Assembly: GCA_030390025.1 (NCBI GenBank)
Contig: CM059445.1
Coordinates: 40,424,001 to 40,488,000 of the forward strand
Direction of reading: 5' to 3'
DNA length: 64,000 nt
Source: Squalus acanthias
Lineage: Eukaryota
Under the pieces are notes generated by a model. That model saw nothing but the letters and a program-made list of their open reading frames with translations. It had not been told where the DNA came from and did not search any database. Below, in pieces: positions 25,039 to 38,669 of this stretch; position 1 is the first letter of the stretch; each line of letters starts with the position of its first letter. Both the position numbers and the translations under genes were made by a program.

Positions 25039-26143
25039 ACCGATGGACACCTACGGACACTGAAAGATGCCCTCGTAAGAACGGGATATGACGCTCGACT
25101 CGTCGATCGACAGTTCCGACGGGCCACAGCGAAAAAGCGCACAGACCTCCTCAGAAGACGAACACGGGACACAACCAACAGAGTACCCTACGTCGTCCAG
25201 TACTTCCCCGGAGCGGAGAAACTACGCCATGTTCTTCGCAGCCTTCAACATGTCATCGATGACGACGAACACCTTGCTAAGGCCATCCCCACGCCTCCAC
25301 TACTCGCCTTCAAGCAGCCGCCTAACCTCAAAAGTACCATCGTTCGCAGCAAATTACCCAGCTGTCAGGAGAACAGCGACCACGACACCACACAACCCTG
25401 CCACGGCAACCTCTGCAAGACATGCCAGATCATGAACACAGATACCGTCATCGCACGTGAGGACACTACCCACCAGGTACATGGTACATACTCATGTGAC
25501 TCGGCCAACGTTGTCTACCTGATCCGTTGCAGTAAAGGATGCCCCAGAGCATGGTACATCGGCGAGACCATGCAGACACTGAGACAACGTATGAACGGAC
25601 ACCGCGCAACAATCGCCAAGCAGGATGGTTGCCTCCCAGTCGGGGAACACTTCAGGAGTCAAGGGCATTCAGCCTCGGATCTGCGGGTCAGCGTTCTCCA
25701 AGGCGGCCTTCGTGATACACAACAACGCAAAATCATCGAGCAGAAACTGATAGCCAAGTTCCGCACTCATGAGGACGGCCTCAATCGGGATATTGGGTTC
25801 ATGTCACGCTATAGAACGTGACTTGACATCGTTGCCGGTCTTTCCAGTTTAAAAAAAACCAAACAAACACAAGAAACAAACACAAAAAATGGAGAGGATA
25901 TGCAGCCAGCAGGTGTTCTGACGCGTTGGACCCCGTGGGACACATCTCATTGTCTTGGCTGTGCTCTTAGTGTGTCTTTGATGTAAGGAAAGATTTAATC
26001 TATGCATTTTCTCTGTGTTTTTATATTCTGTGAATTCTGATAGATTCTCTCACAGTAACTTTGCCTGACGAAGGGGCGACAGCTCCGAAAGCTTGTAATT
26101 TTAAATAAATCTGTTGGACTATAACCTGGTGTTGTGCGACTTC
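25039..26143 (+). mobile_element. 5'-truncated Penelope-like element (GIY-YIG endonuclease ORF 25033-25821)
   Basis: NVVYLIRC...WYIGET...LRQRMNGH...EQKLI...GLN; 12-bp TSD taattaatgtac (25027-25038, 26144-26155). Confidence 0.9.
26061..26098 (+). ncRNA. Minimal type I hammerhead ribozyme motif in PLE 3' tail
   Basis: ttgc-CTGACGA-a-ggggc-gaca-gctcc-GAAA-gc-TT-gtaa; palindromic AGCT. Confidence 0.7.
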
Positions 26144-27105
26144 TAATTAATGTACCTCATCTGTATGCAGGGTAAGATAGTCAAACTCTGTTTTAGTTAT
26201 ACAGTGTGTAATTTGATTCTGGGTAAATCATACATGCTGACCATCTGTGTTTTGAGAGTCCAGTCAAGAATCAGCATGGACTGGACCTATCTCCCCTTAA
26301 TGCCGAGTCCAGCTACGAATGGAAGTGGTTCTGTCTTCTGTATGCTGTGGATAGGAATTCTCCTGAAAACAGGGATTTGTGTTAACAGTATACAGTGGCT
26401 GGCATCACTTCAAGTAACAGGGCTGATGTAGATATGGCCTTGAAGGGAAAGGAAAGAGGGAGAGTGGAGGGGACCGGGACAAATGGATGGCAAAGGGAGG
26501 AAGGAAAGAAAGGTGAAAGGGAAGAAGGCAGAAGCCGGCAGTGGTACATTGAGAGGGAAGGGAGAGAAGGTTAAAAGCTGTTGGGAGGGCAGAAGCTGGG
26601 AGTGCTGTTTTGGGATGGGGAGGGAAGAGAGACACCGCATTAGCTGATCAGCTTTTCTCCCTCCAAGCCCATCAGTAGAAGCTGGCACTGTCGCTCTCCA
26701 CTTCCTTTCAGTTAACACTGGCACTGCCCTTTCCCTGCTCCCTCAGTTAATACTGAGGGAAGGAGAGTACCAGCAACAACAGAGGGAGTGGCTGGAAAGA
26801 GAATGCCAGTATTCACTGAGAGGGAGTAGGTAGGGAGAATGCCAGCTTGAGCTGAGAGACTTGGAGGAGGAAGATAATGCCAGCATGAACTGAGTGGGAA
26901 GCTGAGGGGTGAGGAGGGTGTTGGAAGAAGAGTGTCAGTATGAATCGGGAGGGTTGGAGAAGGACAGATTGTCTCTATGAAAGGTGAGTTAGATGGGGTA
27001 GAATGTCTTTATAACAGATCTGGAGTGAGTAGAATGCCTAAGTGAACTGAGATGAAGAGTTGGATATGAGAGAGTAAAGGTCTGCTCGATCTGTTGAAAA
27101 TCCAT

Positions 27106-28858
27106 GGGCTGGATTTTACGAACCACGGCAGCTCTATGGCGGGTGACATCGGTGGCGGGTCACGACCCCGCTGCAGTCTTTCTCCCGGCCTCTGAAATTA
27201 ATTTACCATGATTGGACTTGTTAAGCCAGCCCAGCGCGTTTCCTAGCCAATTAGAGGAAGCGGATCTGGTGACATCATTTGATGACGCGTCAACAGCCGG
27301 TTTCCTTAAAGGGACCATGGCCAACTTTCTTTTGACATTTGTGCTGTCAGTGTTCTACAGCATTGAGGTGCTGCAAACACTGACAAGCACTACACAGAAG
27401 TGCAGGGCCGCACCCAGACTCTCCCATGACTCCCTCCATATGCTTATGGAGGGAGCCACAGCAAACAGGGAGGTCCCCTTCCCTTCCCATGGGCGGAAGA
27501 GATCTCCCTAGGAGATCAACACAGCCTGGTTGCAGATTGCAGAGGAGGGCACAAGCAGGGATGTGGTCATGAAGACCTGGCTGCAGTGCCACAAACATTT
27601 CAATGATCTCAGTAGATCACGAAATGTTTGTATAAAGCCGCACTCAACCTCATCCTGCAGTGCCTCTCATCACATCCCCATCACTCTACCTTCCCTACGC
27701 CACTCCTGCACATTCTTACTCACACCAACTTCCTTGCACCTCCACCTGTCTACATTATCAGATCCCCATCTCACTAGCCAGCCCTCACACTCACACTCAT
27801 CCTAGTGCAATCATACCATCTAACAATACACAAGGGTAGGCACTTGGGTATTTTATGCAGTGTTCATGTAAGGTTTCTGTTAATGTGGTGTCAAACATTG
27901 AAACCTTTATTTTCAACACTTTGCATTCTTGGACAGATTTGTGTGCACCTTTGGAAGTGGCTTAGCAAGTTGCAGTGAAGGGGAGACATAACCAAAACCC
28001 CGCAATGGTGATGAGTGTGAAAGGAATGGCTTGGGCATTGTAGGGATACTTTATGGTTTTGGTGTGGGGTGGGGCCAACCTGGCACATCATGTGGCAGCC
28101 AGTTGTACATTGTTAAGTGAAGTAAATCTGGCCATGGTGAGGCCATCCCTGGCCTCCCGGGCAGCAATGTGATTGGGTGCTGATGCCTTGTGTCCTGTGC
28201 AGCATCAGGTGATTGCAGAGAAGGTTGGTGTTGTTGTTGGTGCTGCTGGTGTGCCTGGTGATGCTGGTGTTGGGGCTGATCGTGGTGGGATTCTGAGGAC
28301 CAAGAGAGTATAATGGGCATCATTGCTGATGGAATAGATGGCAGGTGAAGTAGAGATGACAGAAGCGATCTGTCAATGGTGGGAGAGGTAATGAGGTCAG
28401 ACTGGATGGAGACTTGTGTAAAGACTAACAGCATTCTGAATCTGTAGTGGAAATGCAGTTTAGAGAAACTAGTGGTTAAGGGAACATTTCTCAATCAGCT
28501 GGGAGCTTTGACTTGACATTTGAAGCTGTCAACTCCTCAGCTGATTCAATGGCCACTGACCTCCCGCCTCAGATTCACAGACGAGGCCAAGGCACAGCGG
28601 GAAACCGGTGAGCGACCTGTCAAATCCAAAAAGCTGGGGGGAAAAAATTGATAAATGGCTGTAAACAAATCACTAATGATTTTAATTGCCTCCCCCGCCG
28701 CTGCGTGTCGGGTCTGCTCAGCGCTGACAGACCCGACATTTGGTAAAGGTGCGTGGCGGCAGGTTCACAGCGGGGTCCCGACCTGCTGGGGAAAAAACAC
28801 TTTTCCCACCTGACCTGCCACCGATCCCGCCCGCTGACCCCCCCGCAAAATCCAGCCC
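27106..28858 (+). mobile_element. Non-autonomous Harbinger derivative (family copy 3, both ends intact)
   Basis: Perfect 12-bp TIR gggctggatttt / aaaatccagccc; flanks cat/caa; Myb exon 1 and nuclease remnants. Confidence 0.85.
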
Positions 28859-29768
28859 CAAAAGTCACTTATTTTTTCTTTCTAAAAACAATCTAGCAAG
28901 TGTGAGGTATAGAAGTGCTTAAACTGGAGTGCAACCGTTTTAATGTAAAAATTCATTTTTATTTCAGGGAAACCTAAGCTCCCTGGAAATACACAGCCGA
29001 TTTTATGCCTTCAAGTTATATTTGCCCCTCAAGATTTTATGTAAGGAAGTTTGTTTTCCTTCAATACAGTGGGTATACTTGCGGCTTAGATTACAAAACA
29101 TGTGTACCTACTTGTTTCCACATGTCATAGACCTGTAACCAGGGCTGTCAGCTTTTTGGGAGCTGTATCAGCTTTTTTGAAGATAAATATAATACATTTG
29201 TCAATCCCAAAAACAGAACTGGAGCTAAAATCCAAAACCACAATGATGTTGTCACATACAAAACAGGAACTGATTTTCACCATGTAGACAGTACCAACTA
29301 TTAATAGGGTGATTGAAGCTTTCTAGTTGCGTTATTTGCTTCTAATAATTTATGAATCATAGAGAGAATGGAATCCCTTATGATTGCTGAATAGTTATTC
29401 CTGATAATCCAATAACACAGCAAAATGGGCATTTAGTGCTAAAAAAAACCAGTTTGATTAGATAATTTGAATTAAATGACTTTGATTTAGGAGGAATAGG
29501 ATATTTTTTATTTGTTCTTGGGATGCGGGCAACAATGACAAGGCTGCATTTATTGCCCATCCCTAGTTAACCTGAAAAGGTGGTGGTGGGCTTTCTGCTT
29601 GAACCACTGCAGTCCTTGTTGTGATACTGCTCCCACAATGCTGTTAGGTAGTAAATTTCAGGATACTGACCCAGCAACAATAAAGGAACAGCAATACAGG
29701 TCCAAGTCAGGGTAGTGTGTGACTTGGAGGGGAACCTGCAGGTGATGGTGTTTCCACAACATTGCTAG

Positions 29769-30655
29769 TGTAAGATCTTAATGATCTCTGAGTTCTTGGA
29801 CAAGACACCAATAGGCAGCAGCCAGTATGTTTGAGCAATAGATCAAGATTTATTAAACATACAGCGTAATATACTTAATATTAGGCGATAGTTTTAACGA
29901 GTAGCTCGCAGCCCTTGGTCTCTGAAACCTCTCGGACACAGAGGACGTCGTCTTAAGTCTGTTCCTTTGTTCTCGCAGTATGTCTGTGTAAAGTTGTTCT
30001 TTGAGTATCGAGGTTTTAACCTTTTTCTTATCAACAGTTCGTTTGGCCAGTGTCCATATATGGTCTTTAACAAAATCACCTTTTATAATTGGTTCTAATG
30101 GTCAAAATACCATTGTCACTCAGACTAATGTTGCATCCCACTTTTCCACCAACTTTGCCATGTTCAGTGTTATCTTATTTATAGTTTTTCACCCCATTGG
30201 AATTTACTTTATCTCTTTCATTTCTAGCTTCCCTGGTACAAGGCCTTTATACCAAGGGCCCATATCAACGCTGTTTCACTAGTCTTGAGGTATCCAAACT
30301 ATCTCACTTTAATCTACCAGATAAATACCTTATCTCCATGATCTCTCTCATTTTATGTCCTTACACTAATTATTTTTTAAATATCGTTGCAATTAGTTTT
30401 GGTAAGCGAATTCTAATTTCTACTTAGCACCATAATATTTTTTTTTAGCAATTTAATCTTCACTCGCAGTCTGTGGCTGTTTGTTATCAAAACTTAATCA
30501 AAACTGTTTTTGACTGTCCTTCGCAGCTGCATTTTGAACAAGTCTTAGCTTTTTAGTTACCCAGGAGCAATTATGGGAAATATTATTTGGTCAATGGCTA
30601 CACTTGAAGTTATACATGTATGATTCTCGTCTACTAAATATCAGCCTTTCGTACA
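29769..30655. mobile_element. Probable solo LTR
   Basis: TGTA...TACA termini, 4-bp TSD CTAG (29765-29768, 30656-30659), interrupts an old CR1 fragment. Confidence 0.6.
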
Positions 30656-30849
30656 CTAGTTTTGTACTGCTTGGTGGTGGAGGCCAGAGGAAAGGGAGTT
30701 GCTGCAATGCATCCTGTAGATTGTTCATACTTCAGCCACCATGCAGAGGTGAGGGCAGGGTTGGAAATTGGGTCCAATAGTAGGAGTGAACTGCTTTGTG
30801 TGGATGGCATCAAAACTCGTGAATGCTGTTGAGGCTGCAAAAGAAATGA

Positions 30850-31300
30850 AAGAAAGAAAGACTTGCATTTATGTAGCACCTTTCACGACCTCAGGATGTC
30901 CAAAAGCACTTTACAGCCAATGAAGTACTTTTAAAGTGTAATCACTGTTGTAATGTAGGAAATGCTGTAGCCAATATGCACAAAGCAAGGTCCCACAAAC
31001 AGCAATGTGATAATGACCAGATAATCTGTTTTAATGATGTTGTTCGAGGCATAAATATTGGCCAGGACATCGAGGAGAACTCCCTTGCTTTTCTTTGGAA
31101 TAGTGCCATGGGATCTTTTACATCTGCCTGAGAGGGCAGACAAGGCCTCGGTTTAATGTCTCATCTGAAAAACGACACTACCGACAGTGCAGCACTCCCT
31201 CAGTACTACACTGAAGTATCATCCTAGATTTTGTGCTCTGGAGTGAGACTTGAACAACCCTCTGACTCGGAGGTGAGAATGCTACCACGACGCCACAGCT
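30850..31300 (-). mobile_element. DeuSINE (SacSINE1-like)
   Basis: gacttgcatttatgtagcacc tail; Deu domain gtctcatctgaaaaacgacactaccgacagtgcagcactccctcagtac. Confidence 0.8.
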
Positions 31301-32904
31301 GACTCTTCTGCACAGCTGCATGGTCTTCAGCTGGCAGGTGAGTGGGAAGTATTCCATCACACTCCTGACTCAAGTCTTGTAGATAGTAGAGACGTTTTGA
31401 GGTTCAGGGTCACAGAGTACCCAGCTTCTGTCTTGTTCTTATAGCCATGGTGTTTAACTGGCTGGTCTAACTAAGTTTCTGGTTAGTGCTGACACCCATG
31501 CTATCGATGGTGGAGGACTTGGTGGTGGTGCTATGGAAATTCAAGGGGAGATGGTTGGTCTTTCTCTTATTCAAGATGGTCATTAGCTGGCACTTAAGTG
31601 GCATGAATGTTACCTTCCACTTGTCAGCCCAAGCCTGGATGTATCCAGGTCCTGCTTAAGGGTGACATGGGCTGCTTCATTATTGAAGGAGTTGTGTATG
31701 AAGCTGAACACTGTAGAATGGTCAGTGAGCAGCCTTTATCCTGAACTTATGATGGAAGGAAGATCATTGATGAAGCACTTGAAGATGGTTGGGTTGAAGA
31801 CATTTCCCTGAGGAACTCCTGCAGTGATATCCTGGGGCTGTAATGATTGGCTGATGATAACCAGGACTATCTTCCTTTGGAGAGGATGGGTGGCTCGCAG
31901 TTGATATTTTCAGGAGGAAAGGAGACCATTGATGTTAGCTAGCATGGAGGCTACAAAGGGGACTTGAGTGATCAGGAGTTCAGTGGTTGTGTAAAAAGGA
32001 GCCTGGGGTTGTCTTTGCCACTTGTGGGTGGGAAATTGATGTGCGAAGAGAGAAGCTCAGGGAGAATACATGGCAGAAGGCTGAAGTCATGGGATAGCCA
32101 AAAGTCTAAAGCACTTTCAATCTGCGCCCTTGGTTGGTTGAGCTGGTAGTTGTCAGTGGTATGTGGTAAATCGTTTCCACCAGAAACATCCAGTGGACCA
32201 TTCAGAATGGCATAAAATCCATTTAAAAGTACTGTGCTCAAAATTCAATTTTCTGCCTAGGGGATATCATGTCTACAATTTACAAATCTTTATCTATTGA
32301 GCATTAATGGATGGAAATGTGGGATCTACATGCACCTGTTTAAAGAAGAAAAAAAAATTGTCAATGTGACAACAAGCCATGTGGCCCTGAAATAAATGAG
32401 CCTGTAATGATGTTGCGTATATGATGCAGATCAGTTCCAATGCTGTGTTTGATGGTGTCAGTCCGATACTCGAGTCTGGTATTGTTTTCTACCCCAGTTC
32501 TGCTATTGTGGTTTTTGGATTTACCAAGAATCAGAGCATAGTCTGAATAGTTAAAACAGAGTTCCCTACCTGATTGAGTCTTTTAATAAGTTTATTTTCG
32601 CTTAAAGTGAATCTGTGATATAAATTAAATACATTTGCATGGCCTTAATGCAAAAACCTGGAGCATATATGTTGGTAATTTGAGAATGTAAAGTTTATGA
32701 CTGAAAGCTGAAGGGAAAAAATAAGTCTGTGCCAGGGCTTTTCTCCACATCAGCCATCTCGTCTAATCCCACATTCCTGCTCACTTGCCTTTAGTATTCT
32801 TTTTCAAGCAACTATATAACCAAGTGACTAAACAACTCATGTTGGAGTGAAACAACACTGGCATAAAAGTTTACCCCAAATAGCGCATCCGGAGGAGGCA
32901 CATT

Positions 32905-33390
32905 TAAGAACATAAAACATAAGAAATAGGAGTAGGAGTAGACAATATGGCCCCTCGAGCCTGCTCCGCCATTCAATAAGATCATGGCTGAACTGCTACA
33001 TCAATTCCAATTTTTCACTCTATCCCCATATCTCTTGATTCACTTAGTGCCCAAAAACTATCGATCTCAGTCTTGAATATACTCATCGACTGAGCATCCA
33101 TAGCTTTCTGAGGTAGAAAATTCCAAAGAGTTACATCCCTCTGAGTGAAGAGATTTCTCCTCATCTCAGTCCTAAATGGCCGACCCCTTATCCTGAGACT
33201 ATGATTCCTAGTTCTAGACTCTCCAGCCAGGCGAAACAGCCTCTCAGCATTGAAATGTATAAAATTCTAAGAGGGTAGATGCTGAGAGGCTGTTTCCCCT
33301 GGCTAGAGAGTCTAGAACTAAGGGTCGCATCCCTTTGCAGTCTCTTTGCATCCTCCTCACAGTTTACTTTCCCACCTAGCTTTGTATCGG
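32905..33390 (-). mobile_element. CR1 fragments with internal inversion
   Basis: CR1 tail on -, inverted arms ~33208-33250 / 33279-33320, DTKLGGKVNCEEDAKRLQRD piece. Confidence 0.7.
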
Positions 33391-33391
33391 T

Positions 33392-35922
33392 ATGTTGGTA
33401 TGCTGCCTCCCTGGTGCCAGGGTCAAGGATGTCACTGAACGGCTGCAGAACATTCTGAGGGGGAAGGGTGAACAGCCAGAGATTGTGGTCCATATCGGTA
33501 TCAACGACAAAGGTAGAAAGAGGGATGAGGACATGCAGGCAGATTTTAGGGAGCTAGGAAAGAGATTAAAAAGCAGGACCTCAAAGGTAGTAATCTTCGG
33601 ATTACTCCCGGTGCCACGAGCTAGTGATTATAGGAATAGGATGATAGAGCAGAAGAATGCATGGCTGGAGAGGTGGTGCAAGAGGGAGGGCTTTAGATTG
33701 TTGTGGCATTGGGACCAGTTCTGAGGGAGGTGGGATCTGTACAGGCCAGATGGGTTGCACCTCAACTGAGCCGGGACCAATATCCTCGCTGGGGTTGTTT
33801 GCTAGTGCTGCTGGGGAGGGTTTAAACTAATTTGGCAGGGGGATGGGCACTAGGATGTAGCATTAGAAGAGATAAACAAAGTGCACAGAGGATTGGGAGA
33901 GACTAGAGCAAGAAATAGTACGGTATTAGGTGGGGTCAGACTAAGAGAGAATACAAGGTCTAAGACAGGTTTATAGTGCGTGTGTGTAAATGCATGAAAC
34001 GTGGTAAATAAGGTTGGTGAGCTGCAGGCGCAAACAGCCACATGGGAATATGATGTTGTGGCGATAACGGAGACCTGGCTCAAAAAAAGGCAGGATTGGG
34101 TATTAAATATGCCTGGATATAAGGTGTTCAGGAAAGATAGGGAATGAAAGAAAGGAGGTGGGGTGACAGTATTGGTTAAGGAGAATGTTACAGCGCTGGA
34201 GAGAGAGGATGTCCTGGAGGGATCAAGGACAGAATCTATTTGGTTACAGCCAAGAAATAATAGAGGTGCCATTACACTACTAGGTGTATTATATAGGCCG
34301 CCAAATAGTGGGAAAGATATGGAGGAACAAGTTTGTAGGGAAATTACAGGAGGTGCATGAACTATAGAGTAGTGATAATGGGGGCCTTCAACTATCCTAA
34401 TATAGACTGGGATAGTAATAGTGTAAAGGGCAGAGAGGGGGAAGAATTTCTGAAGTGTGTTCAGGAGAACTTTCTTGATCAGTACGATTCCAGCCCAACG
34501 AGGAAAGAGGCATTGCTGGATCTGGTTCTGGGGAATGAGGTGGGCAAGTGTCAGTAGGGGAACATTTAGGGAACAGTGATCATAGTATCATAAGGTTTAG
34601 ATTAGCTATGGAAAAGGACAGGGAGCAATCTAGAGTAAAAATACTTAATTGGAGGAAGGCCAATTTCTGTGGGTTGAGAACGGATCTGACCAGAGTAAAT
34701 AGGAATCAAAGATTGGCAGGCAAAACTGTAATTGAATAATGGGTTGCCTTTAAAGAGGAAATGGTTGGGATATAGTTGAGGTACATTCACACGAGGGGGA
34801 AAGGTAGGGTAACCAAAGTCAGAGCTTCCTGGATGACGAAAGAGATAGGGAGTAAGATGCAGCAAAAAAAGAACGCATATGACAGATGTCAGGTTGAGAA
34901 TACCAGTGAGAATCAGGCTGAATATAGAAAGTTCAGAGGGGAAGTGAAAAAGAAAATAAGTGGGGCAAAGAGAGAGTATGAGCATAGATTGGCAGCGAAC
35001 ATAAAAGGGAATTCAAAAGTCTTCTATAGGCATATAAATAGTAAACGGGTAGTAAGAGGAGGGATGGGGCTGATTACGGACCAAAAAGGAGACCTATGCA
35101 TGGAGGCAGAGGGCATGGCTGAGGTACTAAATGAGTACTTTGCATCTGTCTTTACCAAGGAAGAAGATGCTGCCAAAGTCATAGTGAAAGAGGAGGTAGT
35201 GGAGATACTGGATGGGATAAAAATTGATAAAGAGGACATACTAGAAAGGCTGGCTGTACTTAACGTAGATAAGTCACCAGGACCGGATGGGATGCATCCT
35301 AGGATGCTGAGGGAAGTTAAGATGGAAATTGCGGAGGTACTGGCCATATTCTTCCAATCCTCCCAAGATACAGGTGCAGTGCCAGAGGACTGGAGAATTG
35401 CAAATGTTAAACCCTTGTTCAAAAACAGGTGTAAGGATAAACCCAGCAACTGCAGGCCAGTCAGTTTAACCTTGGTAGTGGGGAAGCTTTTAGAAATGAT
35501 AATCAGGGACAAAATTAACAGTCACTTGGACAACTGTGGATTAATTAAGGAAAGCCAGCACAGATTTGTTAAAGACAAATCGTGTTAACTAACTTGATTG
35601 AGTTTTTTGTTGAGGTAACAGAGAGGGTTGATGAGGGCAATGGGGTTGACGTGGTGTACATGGAGTTCCAAAAGCCGTTTGAGAAAGTGCCACCTAATAG
35701 GCTTGCCAGCAAAGTTCAAGCCCATGGAATAAAAGGAACAGTGGCAGCATGGATACGAAATTGGCTAAGTGACAGAGAGTAGTATTTTTCGGACTGGGGA
35801 AGGTATACAGTGGTGTTCCCCAGGCGTCGGTACTAGGACAACTGCTTTTCTTGATATATATTAATGACTTGGAATTGGGTGTACAGGGCACAATTTCAAA
35901 ATCTGCAGCTGACACAAAACTC
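33392..35922 (+). mobile_element. Large degenerate CR1 LINE (ORF1 SGNH-esterase end plus ORF2 APE/RT, many stops)
   Basis: CLPGARVKDV...VVHIGIND...; GDFNYP-like; KSPGPDGMHPR...VPEDWRIANV.PLFK...RPVSLT. Confidence 0.9.
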
Positions 35923-36397
35923 CACAGCGTGCGTGCGACATCAGGGGCGGGTTCCTCGCCTGGAAGTCAGCCTGATTGACAGACTGTCTTTCAGTTGTGC
36001 GGGGAACTCGGAGGAGGCCACAGCAAAAGGTAAGTGTTGGGCCCTATATGGTGTGGGGGGGGAGGGGAGCTCCAAGTCTTGGGGTGGTCTGATCCCCCGG
36101 GGGGTCCAAGCGGAGTCGCGATCCCCGGGGGGGTGGTGTTCGATCTTTGACCCCGGGGCCGAGTTGCGATCCTGGGGGTGGGGTTCCAGGCCTGGGGTGG
36201 GTGTCCGATTCCTGGGGGTGTCAGATCCCCGACCCCGGGGAAGGCCAGGCTGATGGTGGGGGAGCTTGGGGGGCCGGGAGGAAGCACTCCTGCTCCTGCC
36301 ACAAGGATTGCTCCCCAAGGCTGAGGCCACTTCGTTGCAGACACTGGGAATCCCGAGCCCAGGGATCCCTGGCCGCCTGCAGTAAAACCTGCAAAGC

Positions 36398-38617
36398 AGG
36401 TTTGGCATACCGACCTCTACCTAGTGGAAGCTGAACGCCAACTCTCCGACACCTCTTCCTACCTCCACCTGGACCATGACCCCACTACCGAACATCAAGC
36501 CACCATTTCCAAGACTGTCACTGACCTCATCTCCTCTGGAGATCTTCACTCCATGGCCGCCAACCTCATAGTTCCCCAACCCCGCACAGCCCACTTCTAC
36601 CTCCTTCCCAAGATCCACAAACAGGACTGCCCTGGTAGACCCATCATTTCAGCCTGTTCTTGCCCCACGGAACTTATCTCTTCCTATCTCAACTCTATTT
36701 TTTCTCCCCTTGTCCAGTCTCTTCCCACCTACATCCGCGACTCTTCCGACGCCCTCCGCCATTTTAACAGTTTCCAGTTTCCTGGCCCCAACCGCCTCCT
36801 TTTCACTATCGACGTACAATCCCTCTACACCTCCATCCCCCACCAGGATGGCCTGAGGGCGCTCCGCTTCTTCCTTGAACAGAGGCCAAACCGGTCCCTA
36901 TCCACCACCACCCTCCTCCGCCTGGCTGAACTTGTTCTCACATTGAACAACTTCTCCTTTGACTCCACTCATTTCCTCCAAATCAAAAGTGTTGCTATGG
37001 GTACCCGCATTGGTCCTAGCTATGCCTGCCTTTTCGTGGGATATGTGGAACACTCTTTGTTCCAGTCCTACTCGGGTCCCCTCCCTCACCTCTTTTTCCG
37101 GTACATTAATGACTTTGTCGGTGCCGTCTCCTGCTCTCGCCCTGAACTAGAAAATTTCATTCACTATGCTTCCAATTTCCACTCTTCCCTCACCTTCACA
37201 TGGTCCATCTCCAACTCTTCCCTTCCCTTCCTCGACTTCTCTGTCGCCATCTCTGGGGATAGGTTATTGACTAACATTCACTACAAGCCCACTGACTCCC
37301 ACAGCTACCTGGACTATACTTCCTCCCACCCCGCCTCCTGTAAGGACTCTATTCCATTCTCCCAGTTTCTCCGTCTCCGCCGCATCTGCTCTGACGATGC
37401 CACCTTCCATACCAGTGCTTCCGACATGTCTTCCTTTTTCCTCAACCGAGGATTCCCCTCTACTGTGGTTGACACATCCCTCGACCGTGTCCGTTCTATC
37501 TCCCGCACTTCTGCCCTCACCCCTGCCCCTCCCTCCCGGAACCACGATAGAGTTCCCCTTGTCCTCATCTTTCACCCCACCAGCCTCCACATTCAACGGA
37601 TCATCCTCTGCCATTTCCGCCACCTCCAGCGTGATCCCACCACCAAACGCATCTTCCCCTCACCTCCCTTTTCAGCATTCCACAGGGACCGCTCCCTCTG
37701 CGACACCCTAGTCCACTCCTCTACCACCCCCAGCACCCCTTCCCCTTCACCTGGCACCTTCCCGTGCAAGCGCAGGAGATGCAACACATGCCCTTATACC
37801 TCCCCCCTTCCCACTGTCCAGGGCCCCAAACACCCCTTCCAGGTGAAACAGCGATTTACTTGTACTTCTTGCAATTTAGCATACTGTATTCACTGCTCAC
37901 AATGTGGTCTCCTCTACATTGGGGAGACCAAACACAGATTGGGTGACCGCTTTGCGGAACACCTCCATTCAGTCCGTAAGGGGGACCCCGAGCTCCCGGT
38001 GGCCTGTCACTTTAATTCTCCGCTCCACGACCACTCTGACCTCACCGTCCTCGGCCTCGTGCATTGTTCCACGGAAGCTCAGCGTAAGCTCGAGGAACAG
38101 CACCTCATCTTTCGATTAGGCACGCTACAGCCCTCTGGACTCAATATCGAGTTCAACAATTTCAGATCATAACCCCAGCCCCTACCACATATATATATAT
38201 TTTTATTTTATTTTTTCATCCATCCTTTTGTTTGGCCTTTTTTTCTTCCCTCCCAGAAGCTGGCAGCTGTCCTTCATTCTGCCAGCGCATTTCACACTTC
38301 ATCTAGCCTCAACCTGTCACATTACCACCTCCTCTTGCCTTGAATATCTCTTAATATCTCTCAATGTCTCTTAATCTCTCCTGCTTTCTATCCTACCACT
38401 GACCTTCCCTTTTGTTCTTTCATCCCCTCCCCCCTTTTCCCAGCATTGTACTTGCTTTAAATCTATTTTATTTCCTGCTTTTTTCCAGTTCTAACGAAAA
38501 CTCTTCGACCTGAAACGTTAACTCTGTTTCTCTCTCCACGGATGCTCCCTGGCCTGCTGAGTTTTTCCAGCGTTTTCTGTTGTTATTTCGGATTTACAGC
38601 ATCTGCAGTATTTTGCT
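36398..38617 (+). mobile_element. Penelope-like element, RT + GIY-YIG ORF 36424-38172 (582 aa, 5'-truncated)
   Basis: YLLPKIHK, GRPIIS, DVQSLYTSIP, AMGT..GPSYACLF, RYIND (YIDD mutated), HYKPTDSHSYL, LYIGETK, GLN; tail with hammerhead remnant at 38487-38523. Confidence 0.92.
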
Positions 38618-38669
38618 ATCTTAAAGGAGATGCTTCAGGCCTCATTATCATATGTAAATTGCCAACCCA

